This document shows positions 41,970 to 52,249 of a stretch of 64,000 nucleotides of DNA, piece after piece. Origin of the DNA: Candidatus Bathyarchaeota archaeon. Its GTDB lineage: Archaea > Thermoproteota > Bathyarchaeia > Bathyarchaeales > Bathycorpusculaceae. Location of the stretch: assembly GCA_963815095.1 (NCBI GenBank), contig CAWFFH010000001.1, forward strand, positions 117,759-181,758, read 5' to 3'. How positions within the stretch are numbered: the first letter of the stretch is position 1; every line of letters starts with the position of its first letter. The notes beneath the pieces are model-generated. The model saw nothing but the letters and a program-made list of their open reading frames with translations, searched no databases and was not told the origin of the DNA. A program made the translations under genes and the position numbers.

Positions 41970-42045
41970 TTGCTGAGTATATTTTACTTCCCTAAAAGTA
42001 TATTAGAGTTTTGTAGTTATGCTTACATTATTGGATGTGTGAATT

Positions 42046-42444
42046 TTGGTAAGTATACCTCAAGAAGTAATAGATGTTTTAAATGCAAGTGATTCAGCGA
42101 AAATGATAGCAACTATCGACGATAAAGGCATTCCAAACGTAGTTCCATTATGGTTTGTAGTAGTAGACTCCGAAACTATTGCGTTCGCAGAAGTTTTCAT
42201 CAAGAGAACAAAAGAAAACCTTGAAAAGAACAAGCAAGTTGCTCTTGCAGTGTTCAAAGGACCCATGACAGGCTACCAGCTAAAGGGAACATTCAGTGGT
42301 TTCCAAACAAGTGGACCAATTTTCGATGACTTCGCAAAGAAGAGTATGGAAGCCATGAAAATAAAAATAAATAGTGTTGGAATAATAAAAGTCACTGAAG
42401 TCTTCTCTGCTTCGCCAGGTCAAGGTAGCAAAAAACTAGCATAG
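42046..42444 (+). CDS. Pyridoxamine 5'-phosphate oxidase family protein
   Basis: IATIDDKGIPNVVP, RTKENL..N..VAL, GYQLKG and SPG. Confidence 0.88.
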   Translation: MVSIPQEVIDVLNASDSAKMIATIDDKGIPNVVPLWFVVVDSETIAFAEVFIKRTKENLEKNKQVALAVFKGPMTGYQLKGTFSGFQTSGPIFDDFAKKSMEAMKIKINSVGIIKVTEVFSASPGQGSKKLA

Positions 42445-42524
42445 ATGCAAACATTTTACAAAACATCTCAAACACTTTTTTCTTTTTGTTGTCTATTTTA
42501 GGTTCAATATTAAGGTGATTTGAG

Positions 42525-42716
42525 ATGTCAGGTGAAATAGAAAAACAACTCGAAGAAATCGTAAATGAAAAAGCCACTGTCGAAAGAATATCAAGTGTAA
42601 TCGATGTCGCTGGTAAGGAATTTCCTTGCTTAACATGCGCTTCGAGAGATGAATGTGGAAGCTTTAAATGGTTTAATAAGTGGTTTGGAGCAAAATTTAA
42701 CTCTGGACAAGAGTAG
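42525..42716 (+). CDS. Small Cys-motif protein
   Basis: GGTGA SD; PCLTCASRDECGSFKWF. Confidence 0.7.
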   Translation: MSGEIEKQLEEIVNEKATVERISSVIDVAGKEFPCLTCASRDECGSFKWFNKWFGAKFNSGQE

Positions 42717-43253
42717 TTATTTTGTAACTTATTGCGGTTTATCCTCTCAGCTTCATAGCTTCCTCTTGAAGCAACGGCACCTAAGTAATAATTATCCCAT
42801 CTTTTTCCAATCTAATTAAGGATTATGTTGTTAGTTACGCTTGTTAGCGCAATCGTTAGCACAAGCTCGGAAAACTTAGGGAACGCTATCGAGGATTTCA
42901 AATATTTTCAGAGTTGGCTGAACTCCGTTTCTTTGGAATAGTTCAATTGCTTTGGGGGTCTTTGTGCTACTTCTCATTTTATCTAGTGCGGACTCTGTTT
43001 TCTTCCAAGTTTTTTGAATCCTGTAACTTTCAGGGGTCTTGCTGTTCCTTAGAAGTAAGGATGATACTAAGCCTGGCGGAACTGGCTCTCTTTTAGCTGA
43101 CGCAAAATCGCTTCAAATTCCTTTGATTCAAATTTGGCACCTTTCCCTCGACTATAGTAATTACTTGCATGAAGAATCCCAATTAAAGTATGAGTGTATT
43201 CACTTCATAAGTATTACTTTTGGGTTAATAATTATCAGGGGATTTTCAGTGCA

Positions 43254-43370
43254 AATTAAGAATTATGTTAAGAATTCCCAAGATAATTATTGAGTCAATT
43301 TCCTTGCCATTAGCTTGCGATAATTTGGAGCAGTAGTTAAGAATTATGTTAGGAAATCCTGCAATAATTA
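43254..43370 (+). repeat. Dispersed repeat family D, two copies here (others at 42813, 44886, 46560, 47124, 51621)
   Basis: (T)AATTAAGAATTATGTT-N13-14-ATAATTA imperfect palindrome. Confidence 0.75.
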
Positions 43371-43428
43371 GGCGCTGAACTGCAACGGTGTTATAATGCC
43401 GATATGTACCCACCTGGAAAATGAAATA

Positions 43429-44709
43429 TTAGGTTCTAGTTAACTGATTGTTGCTGGGTTTTCGTCGCTTCAATACAAAAGCTGCCGCGCCAGCTACTGC
43501 GACAACGACTACAATAATGGTTATCATCAATACTTGATTGTCAGAATTAACAGTGTTATTTACCAGGGAGGTCGAGGTTGGTGAAGGACTCGACAACTGA
43601 TTGGGACCTACTCCACCTACACTGACAGGTTGCCAAAAGGAAGCCTGGTATATGTCCCAGTTGCCGTTTCTATTATCCATATAAACTATGAAGTTTGCGT
43701 CTCCAGTAGCTATTTGGGAATTAGTTTGACTCGCAGAGTTATTAGTCACTTGGGCCTCGACGCCAGTGGTAATTTCATACAGGTAAATATCGCCGTTACC
43801 GTTTCTATTATCGTCCCAAGTAAGTACGTTTAGGATTGGCTTATGCTTATGTCTGCGTTATCTTGATCTGCTAAGCTGTTGGCCATTTTTACCTGTTGTT
43901 ACATCTCTCATAAATTCTCGTAGTCAACTTTGCCATATAACTCGATGAATGCTTTGGTCCAAGCAACATAGTTTTGGTCAATGACAGCGTGTGAATACCT
44001 AAAAGAGTTCGAGTTACTTGCCAGTCTGCCTTCTATGCCCGTTGAAAGGTTAAAATAATACACATATGGGAATGTCGCTGTACCGTAACCCCCGGGGCCT
44101 TCGTTTCTAACATATATTATTCCGTTTCCACTAATCGATGGGTCAATACTGTCAGCGGCGGCTGTTGTAATTCGTTGCTCTGTTTGTGTCGCCAAGTTAT
44201 ACGTATAAACGTCCCATCTACCGTTCCGATTATCTTCCCAGATAATGTTGTTGCCGTCAATATTAGGTGACATCTGCGCATAGGAATTATTTGTGATTTG
44301 GGCTGTTGCTCCCGATGTTATGTTGTACCTGTATATGTCCCAGTTGTGATTCCTGTCACTTTGGTAGACTATTGTGTCGTTGTAAATTTTTGGGTTTTCG
44401 TTGTTACCCTGGCTGGTTGTTACAGGAATTTCCGGGCGGACATCCCAAGTGCCATTACCAAGATCTTTTTGGTAGTACATATAAATGTCCCAGTTTCCAT
44501 TCCTATTATCCTGCCAATACTATTGCGTAATTATTGAGTCCATACTCGTATATGTCAGGATATTCTTGATTTGCACTATTTGATGTTATTTGATTCTCCA
44601 CAAACTGGAATTTAACGGCTGCATGTGCAGGATTAATCATTAATCCGGCGTAGAAAGCAAAAACTAAGAAAATTATAATTATTATTCCATTTATTTTGAG
44701 TCTTTTCAA
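43429..44709 (-). pseudogene. Secreted TolB-like beta-propeller surface protein (DNRNGNWDIY repeats), frameshifted
   Basis: Repeats YQSDRNHNWDIY, WEDNRNGRWDVY and YMDNRNGNWDIY; signal peptide and C-terminal TM; split across ORFs 44506, 43908 and 43429. Confidence 0.8.
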
Positions 44710-44961
44710 GCAGTTTTGCCTTCGTAGAGAATATTTATTACAACTAACCAATCTCATAGTTTGAGGTGAGAAAATATAAGTTTATGGATACCCTTCGAGG
44801 TCAATTCTAAAAACGCGCTTAAAAATAACGGCCTAATTCTATAGGACATCTTCTTTCATGAAAGAAGACACAATCGATTTTTCAGTAATTAAGAATTATG
44901 TTGATATTTCCTGCGATGATTTTATCGTATAGGGATAGCACATTTGGTTTTAATGATTAGA

Positions 44962-45048
44962 AACGGAGTGTTAAGAAAAAAATTCGCCGTCTTAGATTGG
45001 TAGTAGTCGTCGGGCAAACTCTATAGACGACTACTTCTAATGTTTTGT
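44962..45048 (+). repeat. Dispersed repeat family C, copy 1 (others at 51133-51248, 53947-54061, 56105-56148, 63978-64000)
   Basis: AACGGAGTGT.AAGAAAAAAATTC....TCTTAGATTG.TAG...CTATAGAC.ACTACTTCTAATGTTT. Confidence 0.85.
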
Positions 45049-45140
45049 TGAGCGCTGAAAAACAGTTACTTTGGTTTTTTTTTAAAATGCAATCTGCATA
45101 TATATGCCAAGTATATGTCTTATTAATATGGTGTTAATGT

Positions 45141-45371
45141 TTGGTTAAGGCAATAGTAACTATTGATGAACGGACGAACCGAATTCTCAACGTAGTTAAA
45201 GCTAAGTACGGTCTTAAAGACAAAAGTCAAGCATTAAACTTGATGGCAAAACAGTTTGAGGAATGCGTTATGGAGCCTGAGCTAAGACCGGAGTTCATAG
45301 AAAGCCTAAAAGCCTCAGAAACTGAAAAGACAGTAAAAGTAAAAAACTTCGATAGTAGATATTCCAAGTGA
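45141..45371 (+). CDS. DUF2683-like antitoxin (paralog of 39844)
   Basis: ILNVVKAKYGLKDKSQAL...MEPELRPEF. Confidence 0.85.
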   Translation: MVKAIVTIDERTNRILNVVKAKYGLKDKSQALNLMAKQFEECVMEPELRPEFIESLKASETEKTVKVKNFDSRYSK

Positions 45372-45375
45372 TTGC

Positions 45376-45443
45376 TTGTATTCTTTAGAAGTCGTTGAAA
45401 AAGTAGATAGAATATTCAAAAAACTGCGAAAGAAGAATAGAGA
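45376..45443 (+). pseudogene. Truncated 5' fragment of a RelE toxin
   Basis: Same GTGATTGCTTGTAT junction as at 40080. MYSLEVVEKVDRIFKKLRKKNRE is broken off at the start of the next gene. Confidence 0.72.
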
Positions 45444-46514
45444 ATGATTAAGAATGCGACGCTTGCGGTTGTTCTCTTCTTTCTAATTCTGATTGCTTCA
45501 GGTTTAATTTTCATTGGACCCGGTAAGGCTCAATATCAAGGTGATATAACTATAAACGCTAACGGTGGCGTAACTCCTTCATCAGCACCCATTCTGCAAT
45601 CAAACAATTCCTATTATCTGACAAGCAACATTAATGGAAGCATAACGGTAGAAAGAAACAACATAACTCTTCAAGGAAACAAATATACTATTACAGTTCC
45701 TTCCATTTTTAGTAGTGGAATAACTCTTAACAATGTTTCAAATTGCACGGTATCTAATTTTACAATCGCAGGCGGTCAATACGGTATAAACATCTATGGA
45801 ACCCATAATGTAATCGCCAACAATTCAATATCATCAGTAAATAACGACATTTATGCAATTGACCAACCAACTGGTGCAATTACATTAGCCGGCACATCAA
45901 ACGTCATAAGCGGAAATAACCTAGCAAACGACCTTATCGGCATCAATTTCATCGGTGGTCTACCCACACTTATCTGTTCTTATAATCTAATTATTGGAAA
46001 CACTTTTTCTGGTTGCTCTTTAGCTCTGCTTTTTTACGATAGTTCATTTAACGTTATTTATCACAACAATTTTATTGCTGATACAAAGGCAGTAGTGGAT
46101 TCAGGCTTAGGGGTTTATCCTCAAGTAGCATCAATAAACAGTTGGGATAATGGCTATCCTTCAGGAGGAAACTATTGGAGTGATTATCATACAAAATACT
46201 CTAATGCAAAAGAGATTGATAGTTCAGGAATTGGAAACACACAATACATTATCAACGGTAATAACTCAGACAATTTCCCTCTCTTGAAACCGTTTAGTAA
46301 CAAACCTATCGGGAATGTCACCCCATCTCCTTCACCCTCACCGACACTTTCTAAAACTTTAACTCCTTCACCCTCACCGACACTTTCTAAAACTTTAACT
46401 CCTTCACCCTCAATCCCAGAGTTTTCCTCATGGATAATTTCTTTTCTGCTTGCAATAACTATGGCGGCTGCTGGTTTGGCAGTCTACCACAAACGTAAAG
46501 CCAAAACCGCTTAG
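45444..46514 (+). CDS. NosD-like right-handed beta-helix surface protein with PEF-CTERM sorting signal
   Basis: Parallel beta-helix repeats, IYHNNF, WDNGYPSGGNYWSDY, 36-nt tandem repeat linker, IPEFS + TM + basic tail. Confidence 0.88.
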   Translation: MIKNATLAVVLFFLILIASGLIFIGPGKAQYQGDITINANGGVTPSSAPILQSNNSYYLTSNINGSITVERNNITLQGNKYTITVPSIFSSGITLNNVSNCTVSNFTIAGGQYGINIYGTHNVIANNSISSVNNDIYAIDQPTGAITLAGTSNVISGNNLANDLIGINFIGGLPTLICSYNLIIGNTFSGCSLALLFYDSSFNVIYHNNFIADTKAVVDSGLGVYPQVASINSWDNGYPSGGNYWSDYHTKYSNAKEIDSSGIGNTQYIINGNNSDNFPLLKPFSNKPIGNVTPSPSPSPTLSKTLTPSPSPTLSKTLTPSPSIPEFSSWIISFLLAITMAAAGLAVYHKRKAKTA

Positions 46515-46789
46515 ACAAGATGAGTTATAGACCAATAATTATCCCTCCATTTTCTAGCCTAATTAAGAATTATGTTAGGATTTACTGCGATAATTATGCC
46601 AAAGTTTTAAGCCAACAGTCAGCAGTAGAAAGTGGCAATCTCTAGAGTGATTATTTAAAATTATGACAGGAAAATAACGCCTATCTATTTTACAAAGACG
46701 ATTCTTGTTTTTTAGAAGACATTAAAAAGCCATTTCTCAAAACTAACCCAACGTTTAACAGAAAAAAAGCGGAGAATAATGTAATTGCC

Positions 46790-46996
46790 TTAGCTTCCTT
46801 CAACAACGAAGGCTATTTTGACTACTGCTCTGTATTCTGCAATTTTGTTGTTTTCCACTTTTGCTTTGCAGCTTTTAACATAGATAGATTTAATGTTTTT
46901 AACTGTCTTTGCCGCTTGTGCTAAAGCATTCTTAACAGCATCTTCCCAATTATTTGGTGAAGTTCCAATTAACTCAATTATTTTCACAACAGTCAT
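46790..46996 (-). CDS. Dodecin family flavin-binding protein
   Basis: VKIIELIGTSPNNWEDAV.NA...A.KT...EYR..VKIAF. Confidence 0.92.
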   Translation of the reverse strand: MTVVKIIELIGTSPNNWEDAVKNALAQAAKTVKNIKSIYVKSCKAKVENNKIAEYRAVVKIAFVVEGS

Positions 46997-47260
46997 TTAT
47001 TTTCATCTCCCAACAATTATCAACCAACTAGCGAATAAGAGCATGTGTGGCTACAAAATGAAACAACAAGTCATCGCCAAAAGATTCTTGCTTATGCCAT
47101 AAGTGTCACTAAATTTTCTAACGTAATTAAGAATTATGTTTGGAAATATTGGGATAATTATCTTAGAGATGTTCCTTCCAAAAGGATTTAGCGCGCTGTT
47201 GTGGAAAAACATGGTTAGCATTTGGCGCTTACTAATCTATTTTTTGTTAAATAATGGGCA

Positions 47261-48193
47261 ATGTTTTTAGCTTACCAGCCAAAGGTAAATGCAATCATTA
47301 GAGGACATTATTCAGAAATGGCTGATTTAGTTTCGGGCGGAAAAGTAGCAAAGCGGTCTTTTTTGGTCCAGTTAATTGTGGGTTTTTCGGAACTAATTAT
47401 GGGTGTATTTACCTTAAGCATTGCTTTGATCGCTGACGGCATCCAATCTTTTGCAGATGCAGGCGTATCTCTTATCGTTTGGATTGGTCTGCGACTCTCA
47501 AGAAAAAAACCTGACAAAAGATTCCACTTTGGCTATCACCGTGTCGAAACCCTCAGCAGTATAGTTGCAGCCCTCTTTATGGCAACGATAGGCGCAATAA
47601 CCCTCTATGAATCATACAGAGAACTCCTTAGCCCAACAGCAGTTGTTGACCCATTATTAGCATTAGTGGTTGCGTCGGCTGCAACTTTAGTTTCTTCATG
47701 CCTTTTAATCTATAAGCGTAAGGCTGCCAAGAAATATGGTTCTTTAGCGCTTAAAACAGATGCCTCCAACTCAATAAAAGATGTACTTACGTCGATAACA
47801 GCTTTCGTTGGCATAGCGTTAAGCAGTTACTTTAACATCCCTCAAACCGACGCCATTGCTGGAATAATCATTTCTTTGTTTGTGTTCACAATGGTTTATC
47901 CCATACTCAAGGAGGCGTCACTTGTTTTGCTTGATTCTTACCATTCCCCCGAAACCATGCAAGCAATAGAGAAAATAGCTAAGAGCATAACAGAGGTTAA
48001 GCAAGTTCACAGTATTCGAATGCGAAAGCTCGGTTCTTACTTAATCGGTGACATGCATGTTGTACTTAGTAATGACATGACTGTGGAAAAAGCGTATTCT
48101 ATTGCCTCTCAAATAGAGGACCGAACGATAAAAGAATTTGAAGAGATTATAGAGATGAACGTAATAATAGAGCCTTTAAAGCAGCCAAAGTAA
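47261..48193 (+). CDS. Cation diffusion facilitator (FieF-like) transporter
   Basis: SIALIADG..S..D, KPD.RFHFGYHRVE, DA.NS..D and C-terminal dimerisation domain. Start may be ATG 47318. Confidence 0.9.
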   Translation: MFLAYQPKVNAIIRGHYSEMADLVSGGKVAKRSFLVQLIVGFSELIMGVFTLSIALIADGIQSFADAGVSLIVWIGLRLSRKKPDKRFHFGYHRVETLSSIVAALFMATIGAITLYESYRELLSPTAVVDPLLALVVASAATLVSSCLLIYKRKAAKKYGSLALKTDASNSIKDVLTSITAFVGIALSSYFNIPQTDAIAGIIISLFVFTMVYPILKEASLVLLDSYHSPETMQAIEKIAKSITEVKQVHSIRMRKLGSYLIGDMHVVLSNDMTVEKAYSIASQIEDRTIKEFEEIIEMNVIIEPLKQPK

Positions 48194-48269
48194 AACCGAT
48201 ACCTGTTAATCGCTAATTCTCTATTTTTGCAGACAAGTTTTAATTTCGCCGTGATATCGATTCGGTTCT

Positions 48270-48530
48270 ATGTGGCGTTTAGGGACTTTCTTCCATAAGA
48301 TGGCTTATGGCTTGCTATCGGTATTCATCCCCCTATACATTGCCACTTCGGCAACTTCAGGCGGTTTAGGTGGGAGCCTACTGGATTTAGGCATAATCAT
48401 GGCTCTTTCAGTTGTCTTCACAATACCCTCCTCCTATTATTTAGCTGAGATTATCGGCTATTTGCCTGCCTTCATAATTGCAGGGTTACTCTTCTTTGTA
48501 GCCTTTGTCTGTTTAAAGGTCTTCTCTTAA
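48270..48530 (+). pseudogene. Internally deleted MFS transporter remnant
   Basis: First MFS helices (GLLSVFIPLY...LGGSLLDLG) joined directly to the last helix (IGYLPAFIIAG); only 86 aa. Confidence 0.55.
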
Positions 48531-48645
48531 AGGCATTATACGGTTAATTAGATCATTATTTAGCCCAAATTAGCTTAGCCAAGTTAAGAACAACAAAGAG
48601 AGCATTTGCTAGATTATTTTTTTGACGTAATAGGTTAAAGTCGAT

Positions 48646-48748
48646 AGAACAACAACACTTGGAAAAATTTGCTTGTTTGTTGTTGTTTTTCTTCCAATCG
48701 ATTTTTGGTTAGGGTTGGCGATTTCTTCCTGAGTTACTGACTTTTGAG
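48646..48748 (+). repeat. Dispersed repeat family E (second copy at 54095-54197)
   Basis: AGAACAACAAC-ACTTGGAAAAATTTGCTTGTTT-GTTGTTGTTTTTCT plus conserved tail; about 100 nt near-identical. Confidence 0.9.
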
Positions 48749-48912
48749 GCTTAAGGCGGTGTATTGGTCGGAGTTCTAGTCGTTGAGGTTCAAGCCTGAA
48801 TGAGTGTGAAGCCTTAACCTCTTCAAAAAGTAATGGAAGCGTTATCCAAATTAGGATTTAAAATTGTGAGGAAACATGGCAGTAATGTTTTCTTAAGCAT
48901 CTAGACTGCAGA

Positions 48913-49278
48913 TTAACTGTCGTTCCGGTACTGCTTTTCTTGTTCTTTTTTGATTTTTTGGATTGTTTGTTTAAGAGTTGGGATGTTATGTTTGATTGTT
49001 TGCCAGATGGTTTCTGTATCCATGCCGAAGTATGCGTGGATGAGTTTGTCTCGCATGCCTGTGATTTCTTTCCATGGCAGGTCGGGGTATTTTGATTTGA
49101 GGGAGTCGGGAAGTTGTTTGGATGCTTCTCCAATGATTTCGATGCTGCGAACTGTTGCGTTAAGTGTTTTTCTTTCTTTGACGAACTCTTCATATGTCAT
49201 GTTGGCAACGAATTCTTCAATGTCAGTTATTGCTTCCAGAATGTCTTGTAAGTAATCCCGTATATCGCGGCGCTTCAA
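48913..49278 (-). CDS. hepT: HEPN (DUF86) RNase toxin, HepT-like
   Basis: IIGEA and PWKEITGMRDKLIHAYFG (RX4HXY). Confidence 0.92.
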   Translation of the reverse strand: MKRRDIRDYLQDILEAITDIEEFVANMTYEEFVKERKTLNATVRSIEIIGEASKQLPDSLKSKYPDLPWKEITGMRDKLIHAYFGMDTETIWQTIKHNIPTLKQTIQKIKKEQEKQYRNDS

Positions 49279-49568
49279 ATCATGATAACTTCCTGCATGA
49301 TGTTTTCGCCGATGTGAGGTTTTAGTGCCTTCTTGGAGACTAAATCGACCTTGACTCCCAACAAGTCGGAGAGGTAATTTTCTAGTTTCATGAATTCGAA
49401 TAAGCCAACAGGCTCTTGAAACTCAACTAGAATATCCACATCGCTGCTGAGTTTTTGTTCCCCTCGAACATATGAGCCGAAAACGCCTATAGTTTTCACT
49501 TCGAACTTTTGACTAAGCTCATCTTTATTCTGCAAAAGTAGACGTTTAATGCTCTCAACATCTCTCAT
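49275..49568 (-). CDS. mntA: Minimal nucleotidyltransferase antitoxin, MntA-like
   Basis: FGSYVRGEQKLSSDVDILVEF (GSX10DXD) and KVDLV; overlaps the HEPN gene. Confidence 0.92.
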   Translation of the reverse strand: MRDVESIKRLLLQNKDELSQKFEVKTIGVFGSYVRGEQKLSSDVDILVEFQEPVGLFEFMKLENYLSDLLGVKVDLVSKKALKPHIGENIMQEVIMI

Positions 49569-49701
49569 ACTTCAAAATATGTTATCTCGGAACTTTAAGC
49601 CTTTTCACTAAATAGAAGAAGGAAAGACGAAATTTTTTATTTTTCTTCTTCTTCCTATAAGTCCAGAATCATCTGACATTGGAGAGGCTAAATTTTTTTG
49701 C

Positions 49702-51021
49702 TCATTCTGAGGGTTTAAGTAGCCATTTCCAGAGTGGAGTGAAAACGACTGTTTTGTCATTTACTAACGTGCTTGATTCATAATCCCACGTAATAACGAG
49801 CATATTGTCACATTTCATTTCTTCGGCAGCAACCTTAAAGGATTCAAGCTCTCTTTGGTCTATTTCGTTTTTTGCTGAGGCATAGGTTACTTGTATAAGC
49901 TGTTGTATTGACTCCGCAGTTTTAACTATAAAATCAATTTCTTTTCCTGTGTGATCTTTCCAGTAATAGAGTTCGCATTCTGGATGGAAGTATAGTTTTC
50001 TTCTTAAAAGCTCAATGAACACCACGTTTTCCATCAATCTGCCCGGGTCTTTGCTTAGTTTAAACGCTACATTGTTGGCTAAGCCGGTGTCGATGCAGTA
50101 AACTTTCTTTGGGGCTTTGAATTGGTCTTTGAGTTTATAGGAGAATCTTTCAAGCAGAAATATGAGGTAGGCGTCTGAGATGTATGCAGCGTATTTTGCT
50201 ATTGTATGTGGATCTTTTATTTCTAGAGTTGTTTTTAGTTTGTTGAATGTGATTTCTTTCGCGCTGTTTGAGATTAGGTATTTTGCGAGTTCTCTTAGGT
50301 TTTGGGTTTTTCTTATTTTGTGGTGTCTTATTATGTCGTTTTCAATTATGTCTCTGTAGATTTCATTTAGCATTATACTGCCGAACTTGCCTACTTCTGG
50401 GAAACCTCCTTTCTCTATAAATTCCGAGAGGGCTTTTTTTACCATGGCAATGCTACTTGTGGAGTAGGTCCAGTTTTCGGTTAAGGCTATGTTTTTTGTT
50501 CGTAGGTATTCTTTGAAGCTGAATGGTAGAAGCGTTACATCGATGTGTCTGCCTGTTAGGAAAGTCGCGAGGTTTCCTCTCAGGAGGTCTGAGTTGCTGC
50601 CAGTTATTATTATTTTATTTGTTGTTCTAAGTCTGCTAACGAATCTTTCCCAATTTGGCACTTTCTGTATTTCATCAAATACAAAGTATGTTACGTCGTT
50701 GCCGTATAATTCGTAAAATGCTTGTATAGCTTGGTTTAATTCTTCGGCTTTTAGGTCAATTAGTCTTTCATCGAAGAAGTTTATGTAGCCGAATTTCTCT
50801 TTGTTGAGCAGTAGCCAGGAAAATATGGATTTGCCGCATCGCCTAATGCCCAGGATTGCTAACACGTTGGGTTGTGCTAGATAATTTTTAACTCGTGTAG
50901 TGTCTATGTCTCGGTTTATGATTGGTTCTCTTTCAAAAAGGCCTTCTACGTCTTCTTTTTGTGCTGTGATTATGGCTTTAAGCTCTTCGATATTCATCTT
51001 GTTTTCAAAAGTGTTAATCAC
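49702..51021 (-). CDS. AAA_14 ATPase with DUF4143 domain
   Basis: GIRRCGKS, FDEIQ, ITGSNS, LTGR, GGFPE, KKVY.IDTG and EIDF. Confidence 0.92.
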   Translation of the reverse strand: MINTFENKMNIEELKAIITAQKEDVEGLFEREPIINRDIDTTRVKNYLAQPNVLAILGIRRCGKSIFSWLLLNKEKFGYINFFDERLIDLKAEELNQAIQAFYELYGNDVTYFVFDEIQKVPNWERFVSRLRTTNKIIITGSNSDLLRGNLATFLTGRHIDVTLLPFSFKEYLRTKNIALTENWTYSTSSIAMVKKALSEFIEKGGFPEVGKFGSIMLNEIYRDIIENDIIRHHKIRKTQNLRELAKYLISNSAKEITFNKLKTTLEIKDPHTIAKYAAYISDAYLIFLLERFSYKLKDQFKAPKKVYCIDTGLANNVAFKLSKDPGRLMENVVFIELLRRKLYFHPECELYYWKDHTGKEIDFIVKTAESIQQLIQVTYASAKNEIDQRELESFKVAAEEMKCDNMLVITWDYESSTLVNDKTVVFTPLWKWLLKPSE

Positions 51022-51132
51022 ATAGTTTTATAAAAAGTATGTGGTTAGCATTAAAATTAGCTTTCTTTGCATTACTTTTTTTTCCTCGAAAGACAGGATT
51101 GCAGGTGCGATAGTCCATTAATAGACGAGAAA

Positions 51133-51432
51133 AACGGAGTTTCAAGAAAAAAATTCCCCATCTTAGATTGATAGTAGTAGTCCACCAATTGCTATAGACT
51201 ACTACTTCTAATGTTTTGTCGACATTAAAGAAGCATGATTTCCTGCGGATAGTGTTGTTGTGTGTACTCGGCGTACGCCTAACCTAAGTAGAAGTAGACC
51301 AGAAAATTTTTCACTGTTCTTCTACTACCCATAAGCTTAGAAAATATGGCTGGGATAAAAGAAGACATTAACCCTGCACATAGCACTGTCTTTTTCTTTC
51401 AACTTTAAGCTAATTTACTATTGGATCCACCT
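51133..51432 (+). repeat. Composite repeat: family C + D half + family A copy 3, ending in a duplicate of the 3' end of gene 33851
   Basis: 51276-51432 aligns with 33723-33877, including TTAAGCTAATTTA.TATTG.ATCCACC (reverse of GG.N.KLA*). Confidence 0.85.
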
Positions 51433-51686
51433 GCATTTTAAAACCGCAATGATGACAAACAAACCAAGGCAAACCGTTCACGCTCCAACTAAGGAGGCGA
51501 GGAAACTAAACGCTTGCTTGTAAGAGGTTAACCCGATAAATTACACTAATAAGCAGCTCGCTTTAATTAATTGCACTCAAGGATATTGAGCAAATTTCTT
51601 TCAAAAGAATTTTTACAAGGATAATTAGAAATGTTGAGAACTCCCTGTGATAATTATTCCAGTGCTAAATCTGTAATTACGGTAAT

Positions 51687-52142
51687 TTAGCATTTCGATG
51701 GAGGCTGCAAATCAGGTACGCTTTGATACAATTCACTAATCAGATCGGCTATTGTGACGCTATTAAGTTCTTTTCTTAAAGCTGACACAGCGTTATCCAG
51801 ATGCGAATACAGTAGTTCATAGATATTGCTGCCGATAGGACAGTGTGGCGATGGGTTTCCGTGGAATCTAAAGATGTCTTCTGTCTTTTCAGCTTCAACT
51901 GCATTGAATATATCCAACAAAGTAATTTGCGCTGGTTTTTTTGCAAGTGTTGCGCCGCCAGGACCGGGCGATACGGATATTAGGCCAGCTTTTTTAAGTT
52001 GTGCAAAGATTTTTCGGATAATAACTGCATTTACACCTGTACTTTCTGATACAATATCGCTGTTTATTTTTCTTTGATTACTAAATGCTGAGATAATCAT
52101 CAATGTATGTACAGCTAAAGGGAAACGTGTACTGGCCCGCAT
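51687..52142 (-). CDS. Rrf2 family transcriptional regulator (single-Cys, SifR/HypR-like)
   Basis: STRFPLAVH, S..GVNAVIIRKI, GPGGATL, ITLLDI and FHGNPSPHCPIG. Confidence 0.92.
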   Translation of the reverse strand: MRASTRFPLAVHTLMIISAFSNQRKINSDIVSESTGVNAVIIRKIFAQLKKAGLISVSPGPGGATLAKKPAQITLLDIFNAVEAEKTEDIFRFHGNPSPHCPIGSNIYELLYSHLDNAVSALRKELNSVTIADLISELYQSVPDLQPPSKC

Positions 52143-52177
52143 AGGATTTAACTTCGCTATTCAGGCTTAAAAATATT

Positions 52178-52229
52178 TGTAACCATTACAGTTACAGATT
52201 TATGTTAGTCTGTAAATATACCAGTTACA
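52178..52229. promoter_or_regulatory. Two TGTAA-N9-TTACA operator palindromes
   Basis: TGTAACCATTACAGTTACA (52178-52196) and TGTAAATATACCAGTTACA (52211-52229) lie between the divergent Rrf2 and nitroreductase genes. Confidence 0.75.
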
Positions 52230-52249
52230 AACTCTAAGAAGGTTTTATT

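Noticed and set aside
46322-46412. 36-nt tandem repeat
   Set aside because: Encodes an ordinary P/S/T linker (PSPSPTLSKTLT) in a surface protein.
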